Assembly: GCF_009914755.1 (NCBI RefSeq)
Contig: NC_060933.1
DNA length: 64,000 nt
Source: the human T2T-CHM13v2.0 reference genome, Homo sapiens
Direction: 5' to 3' (one strand)
Shown: one piece after another, positions 1-16,269 of the stretch
Layout of the letters: each line of letters starts with the position of its first letter
Position numbering within the stretch: position 1 is the first letter of the stretch
Program-made: the position numbers and the translations under genes
Notes under the pieces: generated by a model
What the model was told of the DNA's origin: nothing
What the model saw: only the letters and a program-made list of their open reading frames with translations
The model's database searches: none

Positions 1-258
1 TAAGCCACTAAGTTTTGAGTTAGATTTTTATGCAAAAATAGACAAATAATACAGATTTTGGCACCTAAAAGTGGAGAGTAGACATAAAAACACCTAACAC
101 CAGTGACATTGACATTGAGACTAGGCAATAAGTTAAAGCTGAAAATGCTTTGAGGAGACTCTTGAAAAAAAGCCTAGGACCTCAAGAAGGTTATGGGTGA
201 GAATAGAAAAGTAATGAAAATGTGACAAAGTTTTACCAAAGGGAAGCCTTGTTATATA
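1..258 (+). mobile_element. MLT1-type MaLR LTR end (~1-53) running into MLT internal sequence
   Basis: TAAGCCACTAAGTTTTG...ATAGACAAATAATACA resembles an MLT1 LTR 3' end; the following GATTTTGGCACC..AAGTGG resembles the start of MaLR internal sequence. Confidence 0.5.
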
Positions 259-2480
259 CGGAGTATTGAATTTTGAGAGTTCTTTATACAAGTCCTTTGT
301 TAGAGAGGTGATTTGCAAATATTCTCCCCAACTGTGGCTTTTATTTTCCCTCACTGTTTTCTTTTCAGTCACTTAAAAGTGACCTTTAATAAGCAGAAGT
401 TCTTAATTTTGATAAATTACAATTTATTATTGTTTTTTATTGTGTGTCCACTTACTGTTGCATTTAAGAAACTGATATCTTATCCCAAGTCACAAAGATT
501 TTTACCTGTTCACTTTTAACAGTTTTATAGTTCCATATTTTGCATGTACATGTCTACAATTTATTTTGAGTTATACATGTATGCTTGTGAGTGTGAGGAC
601 TATATCAAGGTTTTTGTTTGTTTTGTTTTGTGTGCTGTGTATGCATATATTCAATGGTATCAGCACTATTTATTTAAAAGAGTATCTTCTCTTCATTAAT
701 TGCTTTTCCACATTTGTTAAAAATCAATTGACTGTAAGTGGCTCCATTTCTGGACTGTTCATTCTGTTCCATTTTCCTACTTTCTACCTTTTATCAATAC
801 CACACTTTTGATTGCTCCAGCTTTTTAGTAAATCTTAAAATCCAGTAGTGAGAGTCCTCCAACTTAATTTTTCTGTAGAAAAATCATTTTGGCTTCTAAT
901 TATTTATCTTTCCATATAAATTTCAATATTGACTACAATATTAACTACAAAAAGTCCTGTTGGGACTTAATGACATTTTGTTGAGTTTATCACTTTGGGA
1001 AAAAGTGATGTCTTAACAACAATGACTCTTCTTATCCGTAAACATGATAGATCTCTTATTTTGTTCTTAATTTTATTTAACATAATTTGGTAGCTTTGTG
1101 TCTTCAGACCTTGCACATACTTTGTATCTCATAATTTTGACCCTATGTAAATGTTAATTTAAAAATTACTTTCTGATTTTTTATTGCTAGTATACAAGCA
1201 TACAATTGATTCTTGTATTTTGAGTTTATATCCTTTAATCTTTCTAAGCTCAGGTATTACTTATCATAGTATTTGTTGTAGATTCTTTGAATTGCCTTTC
1301 ACAGACCATCATGTTAAGGCAAACAGAGACAGTTTTATTTCTTCTTTCTCAATCTGTATGCAATTGTTTTCTATTTCTTGCTTTATTGCCCTGGATTGGA
1401 CCTTCAGGAGAACACTGAATAAGAGTAGCGAGAATGGGCATCCATTTTCTTTTTTCTTTCCTCCCCCCGAGATGGATTCTCGCTCTGTCGCCCAGGCTGG
1501 AGTGGAGTGCCGAGATCTCAGCTCACTGCAAACTCCGTCGCCCGGTTCAAGCAATTCTGCTGCCTCAGCCTCCTGAGTAGCTGGGATTACAGGCGTGCAC
1601 CCAGCTAATTTTTGTATTTTTAGTAGGGACGGAGTTTCATCACGTTAGCCAGGCTGGTCTCGAACTCCTGACCTCATGATCTGCCCACCTCGGCCTCCCA
1701 AAGTGTTGGGATTATCTATGCCCGGCCACTATTTTCTTAATCTTTCTTACAAGAAGAGCATTCAGTCTTTCACCATTCAGTATGACATTAGTTGTAGGTT
1801 TATGGTATATGCCCTGTCATAGAGAAAAGTTATTTTCTATTCCTAGTTTACAGTGTTTAATCATAAATCAATACTGAATTTGGTGAATATTTTTTCCGTA
1901 TTCATTGGGGTGCTCATATAGGTTTTCTTGTTTATTCTTTTGAAAAGGTGAATTAATTTATTTTCAAATGTAGAACTAATCTTGCATTCACAGAGTAAAC
2001 TCACTTTTCCATAAAGTATTATCACAAGTTTGAACACACAGATATATATTCTTTTTATATATTGTTTAGCATATTTGATACGCACTAAATACACTAAAAT
2101 TGAGAAAGAAAATTTGCATCTCTATAAGGGCTGGTGAAAATTAAACAGATAATTTTTCCTTCCAATGTTTTCTTCTGGTTTTGGTGTAAGAAAATGATGG
2201 CTTCATTGAATAAATGAGGAAGTTTCCTTTTCTTCAATTTTCTATAAGCGTTTTCTTAGAATTGCTATTCTTTCTTCCTTAATTTTTGGTAGAAATGACC
2301 AGAGAAAACTTCTGTGCCTGGCATTTTATTTTTGGAAAAATTTTAAATTACAAATTTAATTTTTGAAATCTATTTAAAGCTCTTCAGGCTACTTATTCAG
2401 GTTACTCCTCACTGAATGCCATTATTTTGCATCTTTCATAGGATTTGTCCATTTAATCTAAATTGTCAAATTGGTCGACA
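259..2480 (-). mobile_element. Old L1 (L1M class) ORF2 fragment, interrupted by an Alu
   Basis: T-rich antisense L1 motifs (TTGCAAATATTCTCCCCA, AAGAGTAGCGAGAATGGGCATCC, TTTCACCATTCAGTATGA); minus ORF 1309-1554 contains decayed RT text [16 protein letters not shown]. Confidence 0.8.
1445..1727 (-). mobile_element. AluS, with small deletions
   Basis: Antisense Alu GAGATGGATTCTCGCTCTGTCGCCCAGGCTGG...CCTCCCAAAGTGTTGGGATTA...CCCGGCC. Confidence 0.92.
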
Positions 2481-2494
2481 TAAAGTTTTTATAC

Positions 2495-3013
2495 TTAACT
2501 ATTTTATGTAACACATTGCCACAATATGTAATGCTTAAAATGACCAGCATTTATTGTCTCAAACTCTCCTGGTTGGGAATTCGGGAGCAGATTAGCTGGA
2601 TGTTTTTGGCTCAAGGTCTCTCACGTGGTTGCAGTCCTCAAAAGAATTGAATGTCAGAGTATCCAGTTCAAAGACAAATCACTCACACGGCTGTTGGAAG
2701 AAGACCTGGGTTCCTTGATGACTCTTGGCAGGAAGCCTTATTTCCTTACCACATGGTTCTGTACATAAGCTGCTTATGTGCTTAAGTATCCTCACAATAT
2801 GAAAACTCCCAGAGCAAGTGATTCAAGAGAGAGAAGGAAGCCACTATGTCTTTCATTATGTAGCTTCTAAGCTGGTACATAATCATTTCTACCTTACATT
2901 ATTCATTAGAAACAAATCACCAAATCAAGCCCTCACTGAGAAGAGCACAATAAAGCTCTACTTTTCAAAGGGGGACTTATAAAGAATTATAGAAATATTT
3001 TTAAACTGCCACA
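2495..3013 (-). mobile_element. Old MLT1 (F/G/H-like) solo LTR inserted in the L1M
   Basis: GCATTTATTGTCTCA..GGAATTCGGGAGCAGATTAGCTGGATGTTTTTGGCTCAAGGTCTCTCAC..GTTGCAGTC and end TTTAAACTGCCACA. Confidence 0.65.
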
Positions 3014-4928
3014 GGTTATTCAGATTTCTCACTTATTATTTTATCTGATTTATAGGGATATTCTCTCTCTCAATTTTGATAGTGGTAGTTTTGTCATCTC
3101 CCTTTTTTGCATGGTTAATTTGGCTAGAAGTAGATTCAACGTATCAGTTTTTACAAATAACTGTTTTTTATTTGATTTATTTTATGATTTATTTATTTTT
3201 TTCAGAGACAGGATCTTGATCTGTCACAAAGGCTTGAGTGCAGTTGCACAATCATAGCTCACTGCCTCCTCCATCTCCTGGGCACGCGATCCTCCTGCCT
3301 CAGCATCCTGAGTAGGTGGGAATATAGGCACACACCATGATGACTGGCATATATATACAGTGATGACAGAGTCTCACAATGTTGCCCAGGCTCATCTCAA
3401 ACTCCTAGCCTCCCGCAGTCCTCTCACCTCAGCCTCCCAAATGCTAGTGTTAAATGCATGAGCCATCATGCTCAGCCTATTTGATTTTACACATTGTTTT
3501 CTATATTATTACTTGTGCTTTTATCTTTATCTTATTCTACATATTTTGGGTTACAGTTCCTCTTTTTATTTGCTTTATTAAATGGAATATTAGGTCATTA
3601 GTTTGAGACCTTTCTACTTTTCTAATACAGACATTTAGTGCTATAAGTATCCCTCTAAGCCCCATTGTAGCTATATTCCATAAATTTGATAACTGCATTT
3701 ATGTTCATTCTGCTTAAAACACTTTCTAATTTGCTTTTTGTCTTTGATCATGGGTTGGTTAGAGATGCTTCATTTCTTATATTTGGAAATTTTAAAAATA
3801 TCTTGTTATTCATTTTAAATTTAATTATCTTGCAGAAAGCATACTTTAAATAGTTTGAATCCTTTTAAATCTACTGAGCATAATTTTGTTGCTCAGAATA
3901 TGGTCTATCCTGGTAACAGTTTCATGTGGCCTTGAGGAGAATGAATGGTCATTCTACATTGTTGAGTGGCATATTTTACCAATACCAAGCAGGTTAAATT
4001 AGTTGATAGACTGTTTAAGCCTTCTATGTTATTACTGATTTTGTGTCAAAATTTTCTATCACTTATTGAGAGAAGAGTGTTGATGTATCCAATTATAATT
4101 GTGAATTTATCTATTTATTTTTACAGTCCTCTGAGTTTTTGCTTTGTAAATCTGTGAGTCTTGTTACTGAGTTTATAAATAGTCAGGGTTTTTCTGTCCT
4201 TTTGGTAAACTTATGAAGTGACAGTCTTTATCCATGTTAGAATATTTTTCTCTGCAATATAGTTCATTTGATATTAATATAACTCCTTTAGTTTTGATTA
4301 CTTTTGGCATGGTAGATATTTTTCCACCTTTTCACTTTATATCTTTAAATTTAGTTGGGCTTCTTATATTCAGCACATGATCAGGTATAGATTTTTCTAA
4401 TCTGATAATCTCTTCCTTTCAACTGGATTATGTACCATTTGAATTTAATGTGGTTATTGACATGGTTGGATTTAAATCTACCACATTACTGTTTTCTATT
4501 ATCCAAATGCCCCTCTGTCCCTGTTTTTCCCTATTTTCTGTTTTCTATAGAATAAATGAGTATTTTCTATCATTCCATTTTATAAACTTGCTTATTTGCT
4601 CTATTCTTTTCTTCCAGTTCATTTAATGGTTAGTTAAGTTTTATATTATACATCCTCAACTGATCACAGTCAATCTTTAAATGATATTACACCACTTCAT
4701 ATATAGTATAAGAACCATCCATGAGCATCCTTCTATTTTGCCTCTCAGTTTTTTGCTGCTGCTACCATACATTTTGGTTATAAGATTTAACCTCACAAAC
4801 ATTTTTATTATTTTTGCTCAACACATTATATTTTAAAGAGATTAAAAGAATACATTTTATATTTGCCACATATTTGCCATTCTTTTGCTCTTTATTCTAT
4901 TGCTTGAGTTCTGGTTTCCACATGGCAA
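3014..4928 (-). mobile_element. Old L1M continuation (5' part of ORF2)
   Basis: Antisense L1 motifs CATTTAGTGCTATAAGTATCCCTCTAAGC, CAGAATATGGTCTATCCTGGT, TTGAGAGAAGAGTGTTGATGTATCCAATTATAATTGTG. Confidence 0.75.
3170..3477 (-). mobile_element. AluJ
   Basis: Diverged antisense Alu with J-type CAATCATAGCTCACTGC and GTCTCACAATGTTGCCCAGG. Confidence 0.85.
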
Positions 4929-5050
4929 CAGTTTTCTTCTGCATAAAACATTTTAATAGTTCTTAATTTTTAAACATCTTATTTCCTTTATCATCTTTTG
5001 ATAATTTTTTTCCAGTTTTGGTATAGCTAAAAAAATTTACCTTTTATTTT
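4929..5050. repeat. Left copy of a 122-bp direct repeat flanking an L1PA (target-site duplication)
   Basis: CAGTTTTCTTCTGCATAAAAC...TTTACCTTTTATTTT recurs at 6524-6645 with one mismatch. Confidence 0.95.
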
Positions 5051-5056
5051 ATTTTA

Positions 5057-5102
<46 letters not shown>

Positions 5103-6520
5103 CATTAAGTTTTAGGGTACATGTGCACAATGTGCAGGTTAGTTACATATGTACACGTGCCATGCTGGTGCGCTGCACCCACTAACTTGTCATCTAGCAT
5201 TAGGTATATCTCCCAATGCTCTCCCTCCCCTCACCCCACAACAGTCCCCAGAGTGTGATGTTCCCCTTCCTGTGTCCATGTGTTCTCATTGTTCAATTCC
5301 CACCTATGAGTGAGAATATGCGGTGTTTGGTTTTTTGTCCTTGCGATAGTTTGCTGAGAATGATGATTTCCAATTTCATCCATGTCCCTACAAAGGACAT
5401 GAACTCATCATTTTTTATGGCTGCATAGTGTTCCATGGTGTATATGTGCCACATTTTCTTAATCCAGTCTATCATTGTTGGACATTTGGGTTGGTTCCAA
5501 GTCTTTGCTATTGTGAATAATTCCGCAATAAACATATGTGTGCATGTGTCTTTATAGCAGCATGATTTATAGTCCTTTGGGTATATACCCAGTAATGGGA
5601 TGGCTGGGTCAAATGGTATTTCTAGTTCTAGATCCCTGAGGAATAGCCACACTGACTTCCACAATGGTTGAACTAGTTTACAGTCCCACCAACAGTGTAA
5701 AAGTGTTCCTATTTCTCCACATCCTCTCCAGCACCTGTTGTTTTCTGACTTTTTAATGATTGCCATTCTAACTGGTGTGAGATGGTATCTCATTGTGGTT
5801 TTGATTTGCATTTCTCTGATGGCCAGTGATGGTGAGCATTTTTTCATGTGTTTTTTGGCTGCATAACGGTCTTCTTTTGAGAAGTGTCTGTTCATATCCT
5901 TCGACCACTTGTTGATGGGGTTGTTTGTTTTTTTCTTGTAAATTTGTTTGAGTTCATTGTAGATTCTGGATATTAGCCCTTTGTCAGATGAGTAGATTGG
6001 AGAAATTTCTCCCATTCTGTAGGTTGTCTGTTCACTCTGTTGGTAGTTTCTTTTGCTGTGCAGAAGCTCTTTAGTTTAATTAGATCCCATTTGTCAATTT
6101 TGGCTTTTGTTGCCATTGCTGTTGGTGTTTTAGACATCAGTCCTTGCGCATGCCTATGTCCTGAATGGTATTGCCTAGGTTTCCTTCTAGGGTTTTTATG
6201 GTTTTAGGTCTAACATTTAAGTCTTTAATCCGTCTTGAATTAATTTTTGTATAAGGTGTAAGGAAGGGATCCAGTTTCAGCTTTCTACCTATGGCTAGCC
6301 AGTTTTCCCAGCACCATTTATTAAATAGGGAATCCTTTCCTCATTTCTTGTTTTTGTCAGGTTTTTCAAAGATCAGATGGTTGTAGAGGTATGGTATTAT
6401 TTCTGAGGGCTCTGTTCTGTTCCATTGGTCTATATCTCTGTTTTGATACCAGTACCATGCTGTTTTGATTACTGTAGCCTTGTAGTATAGTTTGAAGTCA
6501 GGTAGCATGATGCCTCCAGC
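5051..6520 (-). mobile_element. 5'-truncated young L1PA (PA2-PA4 range), ~1.47 kb
   Basis: (ATT)n-type tail, L1 3'UTR, ORF 5293-6015 is the ORF2 C-terminus ([18 protein letters not shown]). Confidence 0.97.
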
Positions 6521-6523
6521 ATC

Positions 6524-6645
6524 CAGTTTTCTTCTGCATAAAACATTTTAATATTTCTTAATTTTTAAACATCTTATTTCCTTTATCATCTTTTGATAAT
6601 TTTTTTCCAGTTTTGGTATAGCTAAAAAAATTTACCTTTTATTTT
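6524..6645. repeat. Right copy of the 122-bp direct repeat
   Basis: Matches 4929-5050 and ends at TTTT/AAAAA, an L1 endonuclease consensus site. Confidence 0.95.
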
Positions 6646-6649
6646 AAAA

Positions 6650-6895
6650 ATATACTTTTAATATTAGGATAGATCACATTTAGAAAAACATTGTAAAGAT
6701 AGTACAGAAAATGTCTTTATATATCACATCCAGTATTCTCTATATTAATATCACATATTAGCATGTTACATTTGTCAAATTAACAAATATTAATGCATTA
6801 CTATTCACTAAATTTCACACTATATTTTCATTTAATAATTTTTATTTTGTTTTATTATCTGATCCCGAATACCATAATATATTTAGTTATCATGA
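6650..6895 (-). mobile_element. L1MC/L1MB-like 3' end fragment
   Basis: TTGTAAAGATAGTACAGA...CATATTAGCATGTTACATTTGTCA resembles an antisense L1MC 3' end. Confidence 0.6.
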
Positions 6896-8562
6896 AAGTG
6901 AATACTCTTTCTAGGATGACTGCAAAAATACAAAAACAACAGTAAAAAGCAATGTTACAAAGAATCATAGGACGGACTTAACCAGCCCTGTGATTTATTG
7001 TGCTCAGGACGAAATAATCACTCGACAGATATTTATGAAGCTCCTCTATGTAACCAACATTTAATAATGCATTTTCCTCTACTCTCATATAAAAACATAT
7101 AATTTTAGTTTCCCAACCAAGCAGAAAACTGTGTATTTCTTGATCCCTATTGGTCAAAGATAAAACCAAAAACAATAAAAAATTATAAGTGATGAAATTC
7201 ACAGAACTTATGAAGCACTTTTCCAACCAGTTATTATGTATAGAGTTAATTCTATTGTCCAGCAAGATATTTTCTAGTCAATAGCTTCTGGGAATCATTC
7301 CAAATTGTCAGTCCTATTTCTTATTCTTAATCATCATTATTAGTGTTATTTTCAGTAGTTGTAATAATTTTTCCCAAAACATACACTGTTGAAGCCCTAA
7401 ATACACCAATGAATAAAAATAATACATATATAGTACTTTGAGTATACATTTGATATTGTAGCAAACAAAAGAAATATGCCTTCTTAGCTGTTTCAATTGC
7501 TATCTGTTAATTCTGAGGCTGCTTATTTCTTGTTTGTTTATCTGTTTATCTGGAACAGATAAAGGTCTATAAAGCAACTGAGGACAGGATTGCCCCAAAC
7601 AAAGTGTATACTTTTATTGGTACAATTATGAATTCATTTGAAATGCCTTTCTTAACTCCCATTTTGGGATATTCTTAGCAGGATTAAAGGATTTCAATCT
7701 GGATTAAGGGATTAGGTAATTCATAAACTAGTGATTCATTTTAGAAAAGAAGGAAACATATTCATTTAGATTCTTTTTGTCAAGGAATGAATGACTATTC
7801 TTTGCAACATGATTTTTTTCTATTTAAGCTGAAACAACAATACATTTATGTTTTTTCTAGTCCTTTGCTATCTTGATCCTCTGTTCATCTTTTACACTGA
7901 ATACTTGAATATGCCTTCAGGGCTATAAAAAGAACATTATAATAAGGTTAAGCATTACCACTTTGGGATGATAATGTTAGGCAATCATTGCTTTAATTTA
8001 CAATAAATATGATATAGCAAAAACAGAAAAAAAATGAATATTTGTGTAAAGAATACTCCCTACATGCTTTGATTTCCAGAGAAAATAAAAGACAGAAAAT
8101 CATTTTTGGATACTTGTATTTTCACCATAAAGACTTTTCTAAAGCTTAGATTTACAAAGATTATTCCCATAAGTGATCCATCAAATAACTCACTTACTTG
8201 AATGGTGTCCATTCCTCTTTTATTTCTAATGAGCAGACCTCGGATATGATACCTGAAATCATAACCATAGCCTCAGTTAGCTACTTTGTTGGGCAATGGT
8301 GTTGAGCTACTGAACATTTCAGTCTAAGGAGATTCCTGCAAAGTGAAACTTCTTGCTCCTTTCAGCATATTCTTATCAGAAACAATCCCAAAAACCTGGC
8401 TGAATTCCATGTGAGAACATGACACTCCCTGGCAAAAAGGCTATAGGGAGCACAGGATAAACCAGAGCCTCATAAAACTACATAGCAGCTTACTTGTGAA
8501 AAGCCATGCTAGATTCATAATTTTTGAAAAGTATTCTTGATGCATTTCTTATTGTTAATTCA

Positions 8563-11943
<3,381 letters not shown>

Positions 11944-12304
11944 AAATTATTCTGCCTTCTTTTGTCTTTTTCTTCTTATAGAGTTACCTCCTCCCAAAAC
12001 ATGTTGAAGATTTTAAAACTATCCATCTGTTACCTCATATTTCCCCAGTCCTTCCTGTTAGTTCATTTTAAATTTCGACTCCAGAAGACCACACTGGCAG
12101 CTTACTTCTCTGCCTGTAGCCTCCAAGAGGCTCCTAGCTACTTGTCTTGATTTCCTTGCTTATCCTCATGTTTATCTTTCCATCTGGAAAAAAATTATGC
12201 TGCCATAGAGAAGAAACCCTATTGATAACTGAAGTCATAAAATATTTCTGATAAATATTTTTTCATACGTTTTGTTGCCACAGCTTTTCATTAAGCAGTA
12301 GTAA

Positions 12305-12405
12305 TTCAAAACAGATAAGAGCATGGACACAGGAGCCAGACAGTTTGATTCATCTAGTTTGACCAATTCCTGTATTGGTGATCTTGGACAAATTGTTTAA
12401 CTGTT
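12305..12405 (+). mobile_element. MIR fragment
   Basis: TAAGAGCATGGAC..GGAGCCAGACAG..GTGATCTTGGACAAATTGTTTAAC core. Confidence 0.65.
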
Positions 12406-12704
12406 AGTAGCTGTCTCATAGTAACTACTATATAAATGATAGTATTTTTATTTGCAAAGAAACAAAATATCATCATCATTAAGGCATGGATCAGACATCT
12501 TCTCCACTGAGTTATTTCAGGTTCTCAGGGAAAATCTGGTTGATTAGGAAGATTCCTGGTAATGTATCTTTCAGAAAAAAAAAAAAAAAACAATTCAATT
12601 TACCTACATACTTTAATTTTGTGTACTAAACAATTTTAAAATTTCCATGGATATATGTGTTTTGGAAATATATTATGGTAGTATTTCTAAGACGTTTAGG
12701 AGTT

Positions 12705-12910
12705 AATTAGCCATTCATCGTGGTGCATGCCTGAAGGCCCAGCTACCAAGAAGCTGAGGTGAGAGGATCACCTGCTCTCCTTTGGAGGTCAAGGCTGCAG
12801 TGGGTTGTGATCTTGCCACTGCACTCCAGGCTGGATGAGAGAAAAAAGAGCATGTCTCAAAAAAAAAAAAAAAAAAAAAAGGAAAAAGAAAAAGAAAAGA
12901 AAAGAAAACA
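12705..12910 (+). mobile_element. Alu right arm only (FRAM/AluJ-like) with A-rich tail
   Basis: AATTAGCC..GAGGTCAAGGCTGCAGTG..CCACTGCACTCCAG..TGTCTC followed by poly(A). Confidence 0.85.
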
Positions 12911-13494
12911 ATGCCCACCCTGTGGTTTTAAATTTTCTTTTTCAGATTTTTGTTTTTTACTCTTTTTTTGTACGCTTTTGATTTTAGGGGGCAGCAACTT
13001 CCCTAAAATGCTAGAAGCCCACAGCAGATTCAGATCAAACAAATATAGTTTCATTTTCTTCTACTGTTTTGCTTTGGGAAAACGTCGAAAGATAGTGAAT
13101 ACTTATTTACTGTGCTGGTTTTTGTTGAGTTAATATTTCCTATCTCATGTTTTTAGATATAAATAAAAATTACAGAACTACTTGATATCTTTCTAATCCC
13201 AAGCATTCATTTTAACTTTTTGTATTTTAAACATTACTGTTTCTTTAATTGCCATACCATAAGTATTTACAGGTTTTGAATGATATGCACAGCACGTTTC
13301 TAAATACTTTAGGCAATTGTCAAGACAACACTGATAGTCAAAGATTTATGGAGACATGTAGTATGAGGTAGACCCATCAGATAAGCAAATTTTGATTAGG
13401 TAGATAAGGAAAATATATGATATTTAAAGGCTTGTTACATTATCAATTTTGTTACTGAACTTCCCCAAATATGTGGAACCTCAAATTGGACCCA

Positions 13495-13580
13495 AATATA
13501 TAAATATATTTATACCTATATGTGTAGATATTTGTAGATATATTTTATGTGTAGATATGTGTAGATATATTTTATCTGTG
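13495..13580. repeat. Degenerate TGTAGATAT-type simple repeat
   Basis: TGTAGATAT occurs four times in a TA-rich tract. Confidence 0.7.
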
Positions 13581-14449
13581 AATGTCTAGCAACTGACAAG
13601 AGCAAAAACAGGCCCACTTCCACTTGTTTATCTTGTTTAGACATTTAAACTTCCAGCTGTAATCATTAATTACTTAGGGGCAAAAATTTGAAGACGTTCA
13701 TAGAAGTTGCCACTCCCTTAGAAAAGGAAATTATGTAATTCATTACATTCAATGGGAATAAAGTTGAGCTCTTACTGAAAAAAGTCAGTTTTTTTAACTT
13801 TCCTCTACAAATTTTCAAAAAACTAGATGAAAAGAAACATTAAGAGTATTTGTAAATATATAAAGAAATCTTCAAGTCTTTCTATATCAATTATTTTAGT
13901 TAGTAAGTGATGACATTACTGATTTCAATTACATATATAGGTTATACTATTGTTATCAAATTGTAACTGACTTTTTATTAAAATTATTTCATGTCCAACT
14001 TCACAAATCTTTGAAAAGCATTAATTTATTTCCAATTCTGTTAATTTAAATTATTTTGCTTTCTTTTGTCTTTTACATCTTGGCTTTCTCCTCACATTAC
14101 TTTTGACCAACTTGACTGATCTAAGACAAAAATTACAATAGCTGTATATTTTAACTTAGATGATCTATATTATATATATAGCAATCAATAATTTTAACTC
14201 TTTATTCTTAAAATGATCCATATTATTTTCCCTTGCATCATATTTTATTTCCTGAAAAGTAGAGAATACTAATAAAATAATTTCAGGGCTTCTCCTAGCA
14301 AATCCTAGTTAATTGTGTCGGATTGACATCAGAGATAAAAGCAAGGCAAAACAAAATGTAAAGACTCAATGTCGCTAAAAGAAAAGAAGAAAAGAATAAG
14401 TTTAACAAATATTTAGAAGTAAGAATGTAGATAGAGAAGTATTATCCTA

Positions 14450-14890
14450 GTTGCTATTAGTAGTCTGCTCATGTTCCCTCTGATCCCCTTACCAAGTCAT
14501 GCACACAGGCTGTGTTTGCTCCTTCATGCTCTGTAGCCAAGAGCATCACTGTCAGAGAACTGTTTCTTAGATGCTAGGACCTACTCTGTGTATCAGTATA
14601 TGCCAAACAGCAGCAGGTGGCCCTTTCACAATGACTGACAGATAAGACAGTATGAATACACCAGTTTCCTAGTCTCATAATTGGACCAACACTGGATCTC
14701 CAGAACATCCATGTAGATTTAACCTAAATAATTATCTGGGGATTTGGGTTGGCACAAGATCCTTGCTTCAACTCTTTCCCTTCCCATCCCACTGCCTCAA
14801 CTGCCTATTGTTTTTTCCTGGGAATCCTTCCTAATAAACCACTTTCAAAAAAATCCTCATTTGCTTTTGGGAAACCAACCCAAATATGAG
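14450..14890 (+). mobile_element. Old ERVL solo LTR (LTR16-like)
   Basis: 3' end TTCCTGGGAATCCTTCCTAATAAACCACTT..AATCCTCA..GGGAAACCAACCCAA resembles LTR16/LTR33 termini. Confidence 0.6.
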
Positions 14891-15549
14891 TGACAACTGA
14901 TTAAGTCCTGTTAATAAAGTCACCACCTAGGCTTGTGAAGAGTGACATATTGATGATAAGTGAAATCCATCCTACAGAATCCCAGAACATTTCATCATTT
15001 GGAGACACTCTGAGAAACAAGGTAAATGCAGTGAGCTTAAAAGGAGATTGGTTGAAAATCTGTTTAAAAAGCACTTGGAACTCTATGGCTCACATCCTCA
15101 TATGCTTATGCCCTGCTAGAAAACAGCATAGACTTGGAGATACCAAATATTGTAGAAAATAGGAGAAGTAAGGATTAGAGTAAACACTGCATTATAAATA
15201 TGCTGGACTCAGCTGTCTTTCCTTCCCTGGTTCCCAGAAAGTCAGGAGACAAGTACACATAACCTACTCCAACTGTAAATGTGCACCTCCACCAAAATTA
15301 AGCAAACTATCTTGTCACTATAAATAAGCCTAGGAAAAAGATTTTTGATATCATAGTTATAAGTGTTCCACTGAAAATGCAACATTGACATTAAATCACC
15401 ACCAGGTGGCCAGTTCTGTCAATGAATCAACTCACACTTAAATAGGAAAGGGCAGCTAGGGGTCCACAGCAACCTAGGGAAAACCTCCGCCAGTGAAAAA
15501 GGAGATAAAATAAACAAATAGAAGAAAAGAATGCCTAGGAAACAAAGAC

Positions 15550-16230
15550 TAAAGAAAACTAATTTATTTTCAGGATGAGAGCAATGCTGAATATAAGCAT
15601 AAAACATGTATGCTATAAAAAATCGGAGGACAAACAAGCTCTTGGAAATTACAAAGATAATTACTTATATACTATTCCTTCCCTCACCAGAATGGTCAGC
15701 AGAAACATTTAAGGACATCTCTTCAACAGTAAAAAAAGTCAAAACTAAGAATTGAGAAATACTGCTACAATTAGCAATTTGGAGTATAAATCAAAAATCT
15801 CCAACATCTTTTTAACAGGATTTCCAAAAACAGAAAAAGAGGGAAGAGAAAGTTAGCAAAACAGTAGTAGAAGAAAGGTCTCCAAAACCCAAGAATTCCA
15901 GTCTCCATTATGAAAGAATCCATCAAATTTCTTGTATAATGAAAGGGAAGAGGCCCACACTAAGGTACATTTCCCAGCAGTTTCAGGAAAACAGGAACAA
16001 AGAAGAGCTTAGTGTCCAGAAATGAAGAAGGAAAAAAGTTACAGTGACAAAAAAGAGGGAAAAAATGGTATCGTTTCTTAGCAGCACACTAGATTTTATA
16101 AAACAGTGCCTTCATTATTATGTGTAGGTGGATGATAGATTGACGACATTTTCATATATGCAAAGCTTCAAATAATTATCTCTTAAGATCCTCTTTTTAG
16201 AAATCTACTGGGAAATGGGCTTTAGTAAAC
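15550..16230 (+). mobile_element. Ancient L1 ORF1-like (HAL1/L1ME) fragment
   Basis: A-rich; CTTGGAAATTA, TCCAACATC..TAACAGGATTTCCAAAAA resemble decayed ORF1. Confidence 0.45.
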
Positions 16231-16269
16231 AAAGCAGCTAAAAATGAGAAAGATACAGGGTACAGTAAA

